Shown here: one piece after another, positions 1 to 7,312 of the stretch
Layout: each line of letters starts with the position of its first letter
Position numbering within the stretch: the stretch's first letter is position 1
Assembly (NCBI RefSeq): GCF_023051145.1
Contig: NZ_JALKFS010000005.1
Coordinates: 2,039,733 to 2,063,732, forward strand
Source: Williamsia sp. DF01-3
GTDB taxonomy: Bacteria > Actinomycetota > Actinomycetes > Mycobacteriales > Mycobacteriaceae
Length of the DNA: 24,000 nucleotides
Direction of reading: 5' to 3'
Position numbers and translations under genes: made by a program
Notes under the pieces: generated by a model
The model's database searches: none
Told to the model about the DNA's origin: nothing
Seen by the model: only the letters and a program-made list of their open reading frames with translations

Positions 1-759
1 GCCGGCCAGCCGGGTGCCCGAGGGCCCACGGACCACGCCACCCTGGTCGTAATCGGGGATTGCAGATTCCTGGATCGCCAGGCATGCCTCGTTCAGAGCC
101 GTGTCGACGATCTGGCCTTCCCCGGTGACGGTGCGGCGGTACAGCGCTGCGAGAGCCCCGTGCACGGCGAACATCCCTGCCAAGGTGTCGCCCAGTGACA
201 GCGCGATCCGTGGCGGAGGCTGATCGGGATATCCGTTGAGATGGCGGAGGCCGCTCACCGCTTCGGCCACGGACGCGTACCCGGCCCGTCCGGCGTCCGG
301 TCCGGTCTGCCCGTAGCCCGACACCCGCACGAGGATGATGCCCCGATTGCGCTCACGGAGGACGTCGTAGCCGAGGTCGAGCTTCTCCAGGGTGCCCGGA
401 CGAAAGTTCTCCACGATGATGTCGGACTGGTCGACCAGTTCGAGAAACAGTTCGCGTCCGCGTTCGCTGCGGAGGTCGAGGGTGATCGCACGTTTGTTGC
501 GTGCGTACACCGTCCACAGGAATCGGTGACCATCGCGTTCGGCCTGACCCCACCCGCGCAGCGGGTCGGGCAAGCCGGGCGCCTCGATCTTGATGACGTC
601 GGCGCCGAGGTCACCCATCAGGCGGGCGCCGAACGGCCCCGCGATGAGGGAACCGAGTTCGAGCACCCGGATACCGTCGAGCGCGCCGGCGGGCGGCGTA
701 CCACCGCTGGGGGATGAGCTCGACTCTTCGGCCGGTTCCGACGGTGTGGGTGGCGTCAT
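1..759 (-). CDS. Family III CoA-transferase (CaiB/BaiF type), N-terminal 253 codons; the C-terminus lies beyond the left window edge
   Basis: A minus-strand ATG at 759 opens a frame with no stop down to base 1. It is unterminated, hence absent from the ORF track. My translation is MTPPTPSEPAEESSSSPSGGTPPAGALDGIRVLELGSLIAGPFGARLMGDLGADVIKIEAPGLPDPLRGWGQAERDGHRFLW... This carries the GIRVL-x-L-x5-GP-x6-L-x-D-LGA-x-VIK-[IV]-E N-terminal signature of this family. The plus-strand ORF 241..717 is its antisense shadow. Confidence 0.85.
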   Translation of the reverse strand, partial: MTPPTPSEPAEESSSSPSGGTPPAGALDGIRVLELGSLIAGPFGARLMGDLGADVIKIEAPGLPDPLRGWGQAERDGHRFLWTVYARNKRAITLDLRSERGRELFLELVDQSDIIVENFRPGTLEKLDLGYDVLRERNRGIILVRVSGYGQTGPDAGRAGYASVAEAVSGLRHLNGYPDQPPPRIALSLGDTLAGMFAVHGALAALYRRTVTGEGQIVDTALNEACLAIQESAIPDYDQGGVVRGPSGTRLAG

Positions 760-877
760 CGGTCAAGTGTCGCCAATGGCCGCGAACCCACACCCAATGG
801 GGTGCGCAGGAGGCCGCCCCGTGTTCCTCTGCGGGCGTAAACAAGTGCACTCCGGCGACGAGGCTCGTAGCGTGGAC

Positions 878-2296
878 ATGGTGAGCACACCCCACACCAC
901 GAACACCCGCTCTGCCCACCCCTCTCCACGGACCCTGGGGGAGTTGCGTGCCTCCGGCCACGTACAGCGCAGCGTCAAAGACGAGATACGCAACAACCTG
1001 CTGTCCGCACTCCGGTCGGGCACCGATCCCTGGCCAGGGATCCTCGGGTTCGAGACCACCGTCCTGCCCCAGCTCGAGCGTGCGCTGATCGCCGGCCACG
1101 ACGTGGTGATGCTCGGTGAACGCGGCCAGGGCAAGACGCGTCTGCTGCGCACGATCGTCGGCCTGCTCGACGAGTGGACCCCGGTCATCGAAGGCTCTGA
1201 GCTCGCCGAGCATCCGTACGAGCCCATCACTCCCGGCTCCATCCGCAAGGCCGCGAACCTGCAGGAAGACCTGCCCATCGGGTGGCTCCACCGCAGCGAG
1301 CGCTACAGCGAGAAGCTCGCCACCCCTGACACCTCGGTCGGCGACCTCGTCGGTGACGTCGATCCGATGAAGGTCGCCGAGGGCCGCAGTCTCGGTGATC
1401 CCGAGACCATCCACTTCGGATTGATCCCGCGCGCGCACCGCGGCATCGTGGCGATCAACGAGCTGCCCGACCTCGCAGAGCGCATCCAGGTCGCGATGCT
1501 CAACGTGATGGAAGAACGCGACATCCAGGTCCGCGGGTACAGCCTCCGACTGCCGCTCGATGTGGTGCTGATGGCCAGTGCCAACCCCGAGGACTACACC
1601 AACCGCGGCCGCATCATCACGCCTCTCAAAGACCGTTTCGGCGCCGAGATCCGCACCCACTACCCGATCGAGTTGGTCGACGAGATCGCGGTGATCGAGC
1701 AGGAAGCCGATCTCACCGCGTCGGTACCCACCTTCATCGTCGAGATCATCGCTCGCTTCACGCGGTACGTGCGCGACCACCCGTCCATCGATCAGCGCTC
1801 CGGCGTCTCCGCGCGGTTCGCCATCGCGGGTACTGAAACGGTTGCCGCCGCCGCCCTGCATCGCGCCACCATCCTGGGCGAGGACCTCGCGGTCGCGCGC
1901 GTCGTGGACCTGTCCTCGGTGATCGAGGTGCTCCGCGGCAAGGTCGAGTTCGAGTCGGGTGAAGAGGGCCGAGAGATCGAGATCCTCGAACACCTGCTTC
2001 GTAAGTCGACGGCCGACACCGTGCGTGCACATCTCGGTGGTGTCGACCTGGCCACACTGGTCACCGCGCTGGAAGCCAGTGACCCGATCATCACCGGTGA
2101 CCGGGTGTCGGCGAGGGAGTTGCTGACCTCGATGCCCGAGGGCACCGACCCCGTCGTGACAAAGATCGCCGAGCGCCTCGAGGCGACGGACGACGGTGAA
2201 CGGGCCAGCGCGCTGGAGCTCGCCCTGGAGGGATTGTTCTTGGCCCGCCGGATCGGCAAAGAAGCCGACGAGGCAGGCCGAACCGTGTACGGCTAG
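878..2296 (+). CDS. AAA+ ATPase of the ChlI/BchI (Mg-chelatase subunit I-like) type
   Basis: This is the track frame 590..2296. I chose the internal ATG at 878 (MVSTPHTT...); GTG 872 is also possible. The longer ORF would overlap the divergent CoA-transferase gene. Motifs: Walker A GERGQGKT, Walker B-like GIVAINELPD, and the sensor region LMASANPEDYTNRGRIITPLKDRF. It occupies the position of Rv0958 (possible magnesium chelatase) by recall. Confidence 0.85.
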   Translation: MVSTPHTTNTRSAHPSPRTLGELRASGHVQRSVKDEIRNNLLSALRSGTDPWPGILGFETTVLPQLERALIAGHDVVMLGERGQGKTRLLRTIVGLLDEWTPVIEGSELAEHPYEPITPGSIRKAANLQEDLPIGWLHRSERYSEKLATPDTSVGDLVGDVDPMKVAEGRSLGDPETIHFGLIPRAHRGIVAINELPDLAERIQVAMLNVMEERDIQVRGYSLRLPLDVVLMASANPEDYTNRGRIITPLKDRFGAEIRTHYPIELVDEIAVIEQEADLTASVPTFIVEIIARFTRYVRDHPSIDQRSGVSARFAIAGTETVAAAALHRATILGEDLAVARVVDLSSVIEVLRGKVEFESGEEGREIEILEHLLRKSTADTVRAHLGGVDLATLVTALEASDPIITGDRVSARELLTSMPEGTDPVVTKIAERLEATDDGERASALELALEGLFLARRIGKEADEAGRTVYG

Positions 2297-2297
2297 G

Positions 2298-2339
2298 CCG
2301 ACATCGGGTTCCGCGGCCGGTCCGCGGAACCGGTGTCGG
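2298..2339 (+). terminator. Strong GC-rich stem-loop immediately after the AAA+ stop codon; partial terminator or attenuator between the AAA+ and VWA genes
   Basis: Left arm CCGACATC-(G bulge)-GGTTCCGCGG, loop CCGGT, right arm CCGCGGAACC-GGTGTCGG. That gives about 18 bp of pairing including one G-U. It is followed by TCGGTTATTC, a weak U-tract. Confidence 0.5.
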
Positions 2340-2372
2340 TCGGTTATTCAGACATATTGGACGGGAAAAAGC

Positions 2373-4375
2373 ATGGCCCGCAATAATTTCCATCGCGCTC
2401 GGTATCTCCGCTACTCCGGGGGCCGGACCCCCTGGCGCCGCCGGTGGACCTGCGTGAGGCACTCGACGCCATCGGCGACGACGTGATGGCCGGTGGGTCA
2501 CCACAGTCGGCGATGCGCGAGTTCCTGCGGCGCGGCAGCGACAACATGCGCGGCCTCGACGAACTCCGCGAGATGGTGAACAAGCGCCGCGAAGAACTGC
2601 TCAAATCGCGCAACCTCAACGGCACCTTCGAAGAAATCCGTGAGCTGCTCGACTCGGCAGTGCTCGAGGAGCGCAAGCAGCTCGCCCGCGACCTCGACGA
2701 CGACGCCCGGTTCGCCGAGATGCAGATCGAGAACCTGCCTCCGTCAACCGCGCAGGCGGTGCAGGACCTGGCCAATTACGACTGGCGCAGTCCGGCGGCC
2801 AAGGAGAACTACGAGAAGATCAAAGACCTGCTCGGTCGTGAACTCCTCGATCAGCGATTCTCGGGCATGAAGGAGGCGCTCGAGGGCGCCACCGACGAGG
2901 ACCGGCAGCGTATCGCTGACATGCTCAAGGACCTGAACAAGCTCCTCGCTGCGCACAACAACGGCGAGGACACCACCGAGCAGTTCGGTGAGTTCATGGA
3001 CAAGCACGGCGAGTTCTTTCCCGAGAACCCCCGCAACACAGACGAGTTGATCGACTCGCTGGCCGCTCGCAGTGCTGCGGCCCAGCAGTTCTACAACTCG
3101 CTGTCGGAGGAACAGCGCGCCGAACTCGATCAGCTGGCGCAGCAGGCATTCGGTTCACCCGACCTGATGGACCAACTCTCGCAGATGGATTCGCAACTGC
3201 GTGCTGCCCGGCCCGGCATGGGGTGGGACGAAGGTCAGAGCTTCGAGGGTCAGCAGGGCATGGGGATGGGCGAGGGTGCCGGCGCGCTCCAGGACCTCGC
3301 CGAGCTCGAGTCGCTGTCGGAGCAACTGGCGCAACAATATTCGGGCGCCCACCTCGACGATGTGGACCTCGACGCACTGGCCCGTCAGCTCGGCGACGAT
3401 GCCGCTGTCGACGCCCGGACACTTGCCGAACTCGAGAAGGCACTCAAAGAACAGGGTCTCCTCGAACGGGGCAACGACGGTCAGCTCCGGCTGTCTCCCA
3501 AGGCCATGCGCCAGCTGGGGCAGTCGATCTTCCGGGATGTCGCCGAACAGCTGTCGGGTCGAGGTGGCGACCGTCAGACCCGGCGTTCGGGATTGGCCGG
3601 CGAACCCACCGGTTCAAGCCGGGAATGGGAGTTCGGTGACACCGAACCCTGGGATGTCACCCGCACGGTGTCGAACGCGGTGTTGCGCACCATGTCCGAG
3701 GATCGCGACAAGCTGCACGCAGGCAATGCGATGCTCCGGGACGGCGTCCGCATCGACGTCCGCGACGTGGAGGTCGGTGAGACCGAGGCCCGCAGTCAGG
3801 CTGCAGTCGCCCTGTTGGTCGACACATCGTTCTCGATGTGGCTGGAGAACAGGTGGACCCCGATGAAGCGCACAGCGATGGCGCTCAACCACTTGATCTC
3901 CACACGCTTCCGCAGTGATGAACTGCAGCTGATCTCCTTCGGCCACTACGCCAAGACGCTGGAGATGTCCGAATTGATCGGGCTCGACGGGATGCGGCAG
4001 CAGGGGACCAACCTGCACCATGCATTGCTCCTGGCGCAGCGGCACTTTCGTCGCCATCCCAACGCGCAGCCGGTGGTGCTGATCGTCACCGACGGTGAGC
4101 CGACAGCACATCTGCTGCCCGGTGGCGAACCGTTCTTCTACTACCCGCCGCACCCGGCGACGTTGTCGGCGACGGTGCGAGAATTGGACAACGTCGCGAG
4201 GATGGGTGCCCAGGTGAGCTTTTTCCGGCTCGGTGACGACCCCGGACTGGTGCATTTTGTGGACCAGATGGCACGACGCGCATCGGGTCGGGTGGTGGCA
4301 CCGGATCTTGATGGTCTCGGCGCCGCCGTGGTCGGCGACTACCTGGGCACCAAACGGCGTCGCGGGCGCCGCTGA
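2373..4375 (+). CDS. von Willebrand factor A (VWA) domain protein (Rv0959-like partner of the AAA+ ATPase); reading frame broken near 2418-2423
   Basis: Track ORF 2444..4375 has a C-terminal VWA domain with MIDAS residues DTSFS...GTN...TDGE and an acidic coiled-coil-like middle. ATG 2373 (preceded by GGGAAAAAGC) encodes MARNNFHRARYLRYSGG in frame 0. The sequence in the 2444 frame just upstream of GTG 2444 reads GPDPLAPP. Adding one G to the G5 run at 2418-2422 gives the continuous peptide MARNNFHRARYLRYSGGPDPLAPPVDLREALD. GTG 2444 has no Shine-Dalgarno sequence. Confidence 0.8.
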
Positions 4376-4393
4376 TCGCTGTCGCACCGATGC

Positions 4394-4431
4394 GATGAGG
4401 ACGCTCCGGCAGAAGCCGGAGCGTCCTCATC
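4394..4431. terminator. Bidirectional intrinsic terminator between the convergent VWA and DUF1707 genes
   Basis: Perfect 17-bp stem GATGAGGACGCTCCGGC / GCCGGAGCGTCCTCATC with a 4-nt loop AGAA. It sits between stop codons at 4375 (+) and 4453 (-). Confidence 0.8.
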
Positions 4432-4452
4432 TCTGTGTCATGCAGGTCGAAG

Positions 4453-5121
4453 TCAGGTCGCGTCGTGTGGACGGCGTCGCACCACTTCCACCCCGCCCAT
4501 GATGGCCAGGCCGCTGACGGTGATGATCGGGGCTCCCGGAATGCCCTTGCCCTCGGCGTTGCGACTGCCTCCGAACCCGCCCATGATGCCCATCCCGGTG
4601 ATCCGGACGGTCGCGTCGTGCGGAACCACGATCTCGACCCCGCCCATGATGGTGTTGGCACGGATGGTCAGGTGGTCGGCCGTGAACTCGGCGTCGCGCA
4701 GGTCGATCTCGACACCGCCCATCAGGGCGAACGCGTTGAGATGTTCCCCGACCGCGACCGGACCTTTGAGTTCTGAACCGCTCATGATGGCGATGCGGCT
4801 GGTGATCACCTCCACACCTGCCGACGGGGTGGTGACTCGCCGGCTGGTCGCGACCCCGGCGGTGGTCAGCTGATTGACCGGCAGATCGTCGGTGAGCTCG
4901 TCGAGCTCTCCGAATGTCTTGGCGGCAACGGCCTTGGCGGCACGTTCTTCGTACTCAACGGGACTGAGATGACCGGAACTCATTGCAGATGACAAAATGT
5001 CATGAACGAAGTTTCGGTCGGCGTCGCTGGCCCGGAGGCGACTGCGGCCTTCGCGCTCATCATCATTCGGTACCAGATCACTCACCGCTACGAGGTTAGT
5101 CCCACCGGTGGCTGTGGCCAA
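4453..5121 (-). CDS. DUF1707 domain protein with a LiaF-like C-terminal beta-repeat region
   Basis: Track ORF of 222 aa. The N-terminus LRASDADRNFVHDILSSAMSSGHLSPVEYEERAAKAVAAKTFGELDELTDDLP is the DUF1707 pattern. The C-terminus has repeated MGGVEI motifs (LMGGVEIDLRDAEF, IMGGVEIVVP, IMGGVEVV). The start is TTG 5121; GTG 5086 is an alternative. Confidence 0.75.
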   Translation of the reverse strand: MATATGGTNLVAVSDLVPNDDEREGRSRLRASDADRNFVHDILSSAMSSGHLSPVEYEERAAKAVAAKTFGELDELTDDLPVNQLTTAGVATSRRVTTPSAGVEVITSRIAIMSGSELKGPVAVGEHLNAFALMGGVEIDLRDAEFTADHLTIRANTIMGGVEIVVPHDATVRITGMGIMGGFGGSRNAEGKGIPGAPIITVSGLAIMGGVEVVRRRPHDAT

Positions 5122-5181
5122 CCGCCACAGGATGGTTCGTCGTGCGAAGGGCTGGTCCGGCGCCCGTGACCATGGACCGGT

Positions 5182-6132
5182 TCAGGCCAGCAGAAGCGCG
5201 ATGAGCATGATCGCCGGGATCGAGAGGAGGGTGGTCACCAGGGCGGAATCGCGTGCGAGCACCACGCCGCGTTGGTAGCGGTTCGCGTACACCAGAACGT
5301 TTTGTGCGGTGGGCAATGCGGCGATCACCACCAGCGCGAAGAGTTCGTGTCCGGTGGCGTGGAAGGCGTAACGGGCGACCAGGTACACCAGCACCGGTTG
5401 CACCACCATCTTCAGCACCGATGCCAGCGCGACGTCGCGGCGTGGGCTCTCGCCTTTCTGCAACACGGAGACCCCGGTCAGTGAGAGACCGAACACCAGG
5501 AGTGCGCCGGGAACCGAGGCGTCCCCGAGCATGTCGAACGGTTCCATCACCGCCTCGGGCAGTGTCACACCGATCAGTGACACGACGAGACCGGCCGCGC
5601 CGCCGAGCACGATGGGGTTCGTGAACGGGGTGACCACGGTGTCGCGCAGTGAGATTCGGCGACGTGAGCCTGACTCGTCGGAGTCGCGCAACGCGGTCAG
5701 GTCGAGTGTGGTCAAGGCCAGCGGCGAGTACACCATGATCTGGAAGAGCAGCAGCGGCGCCACAAACGATGCGTCGTCGAGGACGAAGATGGCGATCGGT
5801 ATCCCGAGGTTGGCGCTGTTGACGTAGGAAGCTGACAACGCGCCGATCACGGCTTCGGGAATCGCGCGGCGCAGCAGCAGTCGCGCCAGGGCGAAGTAGA
5901 TGGCGCCCACCACAAATGCGCTGCCACCGGCGACCACAAGCGTGGTGGAGAACACGTCGGCGAGGTCGGCCGTCGCGAGCGACGAGAACAGCAGTGCCGG
6001 CGTGCAGACGAAGAACACCAAGCGCGACAACACCATCACCGCGCCCGGGCCGAGCGCCTCGGTACGGCCGAGGACATATCCGACGGCGACCACGATGAAG
6101 ATCACCGTGAACCCTTGGATGACGCCGGACAT
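5182..6132 (-). CDS. AEC (auxin efflux carrier) family permease
   Basis: Track ORF of 316 aa, very hydrophobic with about 10 predicted TM segments. It has an AEC-like N-terminus (FTVIFIVVAVGYVLGR) and C-terminus (ALPTAQNVLVYANRY). There is no SD sequence. TAGACT lies 6 nt upstream of the ATG, suggesting a leaderless mRNA. Confidence 0.85.
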   Translation of the reverse strand: MSGVIQGFTVIFIVVAVGYVLGRTEALGPGAVMVLSRLVFFVCTPALLFSSLATADLADVFSTTLVVAGGSAFVVGAIYFALARLLLRRAIPEAVIGALSASYVNSANLGIPIAIFVLDDASFVAPLLLFQIMVYSPLALTTLDLTALRDSDESGSRRRISLRDTVVTPFTNPIVLGGAAGLVVSLIGVTLPEAVMEPFDMLGDASVPGALLVFGLSLTGVSVLQKGESPRRDVALASVLKMVVQPVLVYLVARYAFHATGHELFALVVIAALPTAQNVLVYANRYQRGVVLARDSALVTTLLSIPAIMLIALLLA

Positions 6133-6158
6133 CCGGGCAGTCTATGGACCCCGAAGAT

Positions 6159-6207
6159 GTGCCCTTTTGGTGGGGGTCGCCAGGGTCAGGCGTCGCCAAA
6201 AGGGCAC
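6159..6207 (-). terminator. Stem-loop downstream of rpsR2 and upstream of the AEC permease gene (terminator or attenuator without a U-tract)
   Basis: 12-bp stem GTGCCCTTTTGG / CCAAAAGGGCAC with a 25-nt loop. It begins 22 nt after the rpsR2 stop and ends 27 nt before the AEC ATG. Confidence 0.45.
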
Positions 6208-6229
6208 ACCATCGGGGATCTGAGGGGTG

Positions 6230-6472
6230 TCAGCGCGTCCCGGGGTAGGGGAGCAGCGCCATCTCGCGCGCGTTGCGGATGGCGGTGGCCACCTGACGTT
6301 GCTGTTGGGGGTCGAGTCCGGTGATGGACCGGCTGCGGATCTTGCCGCGGTCGGACAGGAACTGGCGCAGCAGTGCGGTGTCCTTGTAGTCGACCGTGGT
6401 CACACCAGCGGCCAGCAACATGTTGCGTTTGCGTTTGGCCGGGAGGTCGGTTTTTGCGGGGCGTCGTGCCAT
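6230..6472 (-). CDS. rpsR2: 30S ribosomal protein S18, cysteine-less (zinc-independent, C-) paralogue
   Basis: Track ORF of 80 aa. [50 protein letters not shown] is the S18 core. It contains no Cys and is the last gene of the alternative r-protein operon. Confidence 0.9.
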   Translation of the reverse strand: MARRPAKTDLPAKRKRNMLLAAGVTTVDYKDTALLRQFLSDRGKIRSRSITGLDPQQQRQVATAIRNAREMALLPYPGTR

Positions 6473-6489
6473 CGATCAGGTCCTTGTCG

Positions 6490-6504
6490 TGAGAGTGATT
6501 GTCA
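6490..6504. promoter_or_regulatory. Zur-box-like palindrome straddling the rpsN2 stop codon
   Basis: TGAGAGTGATTGTCA matches 12/15 to the actinobacterial Zur box as I recall it (TGAAAATGATTTTCA). The extended 19-mer at 6491-6509 is 15/19 identical to 7231-7249. Confidence 0.4.
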
Positions 6505-6807
6505 CCAACTGGATTTGGTGATGCCGGGCAGTTCACCGTTGTGCGCCATCTGACGCAGCCGGATGCGCGAGAGGCCGACCTTGCCGATGTAGCCGCGGGG
6601 ACGACCGTCGACGGCATCGCGATTGCGGACCCGGGTGGCGCTGGAGTCGCGGGGCAGGCGCTGCAGGGCCAATTGTGCGTCCGCTCGTTCCTGGTCGGTG
6701 GACGACGGCCGCCGGATGATGTCCTTGAGTGCCGCACGGCGTTCGGCGTAGCGGGCGACGATCACCTTGCGTTGTTCGTTGCGCTCGATCTTCGATTTCT
6801 TTGCCAT
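6502..6807 (-). CDS. rpsN2: 30S ribosomal protein S14, long 101-aa cysteine-less (C-) form
   Basis: Track [31 protein letters not shown]...[24 protein letters not shown]. It is a canonical long S14 with no CxxC. Its ATG overlaps the L33 stop (ATGA). Confidence 0.9.
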   Translation of the reverse strand: MAKKSKIERNEQRKVIVARYAERRAALKDIIRRPSSTDQERADAQLALQRLPRDSSATRVRNRDAVDGRPRGYIGKVGLSRIRLRQMAHNGELPGITKSSW

Positions 6808-6971
6808 CAGCGTTCCTCTCGGAAGTCGACGTGCCGCCGGACCCGTGGGTCGTATTTGCGCATCACCATGCGGTCGGGGTCGTTGCGGCGATTCTTGCGC
6901 GTGACGTACGTGTATCCGGTCCCGGCTGTCGACTTCAGTTTGATGATGGGCCGTATCTCATTGCGTGCCAT
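6807..6971 (-). CDS. rpmG2: 50S ribosomal protein L33, cysteine-less (C-) paralogue (54 aa, below the ORF-track cutoff)
   Basis: My translation from the minus-strand ATG at 6971 is [54 protein letters not shown]. This is the L33 pattern with the Zn-ribbon cysteines replaced. It starts directly after the L28 stop (TGAATG). Confidence 0.9.
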   Translation of the reverse strand: MARNEIRPIIKLKSTAGTGYTYVTRKNRRNDPDRMVMRKYDPRVRRHVDFREER

Positions 6972-7208
6972 TCAGATTCGTTCTCCTCGTGCGCGGATCT
7001 GGGCGACTGCCGCCTCGATTCCGATTCGATCGATGGTCTTGATGCCTTTGGCGGACACGGTCAGCGTGACGGTGCGGTGTTCGCTCGGCAGGAAGTAGCG
7101 CCGCCGCTGGATGTTCGGATTCCAGCGGCGATTGGTGCGCACATGTGAATGCGACACCTGTTTGCCGAAACCTGGTTTGCGGCCGGTGACCTGGCAGTGC
7201 ATGGACAT
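6972..7208 (-). CDS. rpmB2: 50S ribosomal protein L28, C- type paralogue
   Basis: Track ORF 6972..7283. I place the real start at ATG 7208, which is preceded by AGGAGG at 8-nt spacing. The product is [49 protein letters not shown]..., a typical L28 with only one Cys. Confidence 0.9.
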   Translation of the reverse strand: MSMHCQVTGRKPGFGKQVSHSHVRTNRRWNPNIQRRRYFLPSEHRTVTLTVSAKGIKTIDRIGIEAAVAQIRARGERI

Positions 7209-7229
7209 GGGCACGCCTCCTGTCTCTAA

Positions 7230-7244
7230 TGGGAATGATTGTCG
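7230..7244. promoter_or_regulatory. Zur-box-like site A in the divergent spacer
   Basis: TGGGAATGATTGTCG matches 11/15 to the recalled consensus TGAAAATGATTTTCA. It lies 22 nt upstream of the rpmB2 ATG. Confidence 0.5.
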
Positions 7245-7270
7245 ACAACGTGCGAATTGGACTGTACATT
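7242..7270. promoter_or_regulatory. Predicted overlapping divergent promoters of the two alternative r-protein operons
   Basis: Plus strand: TCGACA (7242-7247), 17-nt spacer, TACATT (7265-7270). Minus strand: -10-like TACAGT (complement of 7261-7266). The two -10 elements overlap on the palindrome TGTACA. These are sequence-only predictions. Confidence 0.4.
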
Positions 7271-7284
7271 CAACCTCGACCAAA

Positions 7285-7299
7285 TGAAAACCATTCCCG
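7285..7299. promoter_or_regulatory. Zur-box-like site B, inverted relative to site A
   Basis: The minus strand reads CGGGAATGGTTTTCA, 11/15 to the recalled consensus. It shares GGGAATG-TT-TC with site A and ends 13 nt before GTG 7313, just upstream of the RBS TAGGAG. Confidence 0.5.
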
Positions 7300-7312
7300 A
7301 TAGGAGCTGCCT

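Noticed and set aside
241-717. A plus-strand ORF of 158 aa at the left edge.
   Set aside because: It is the antisense shadow of the family III CoA-transferase gene. The minus frame starting at 759 carries the conserved N-terminal signature.
611-2032. A long ORF of 473 aa antisense to the AAA+ ATPase gene. Similar long shadow ORFs occur at 10350..11507 (antisense to mprB), 12127..13041, 15164..15943, 15950..16753, 21725..22783 (antisense to galU) and 22962..23885 (antisense to moeA). ORF 5096..6199 is out of frame with the AEC gene.
   Set aside because: These are typical stop-poor alternative frames of high-GC DNA. Their translations are Arg/Pro/Gly/Ala-rich with no recognisable motifs. In every case the overlapping frame carries a clearly recognisable conserved protein.
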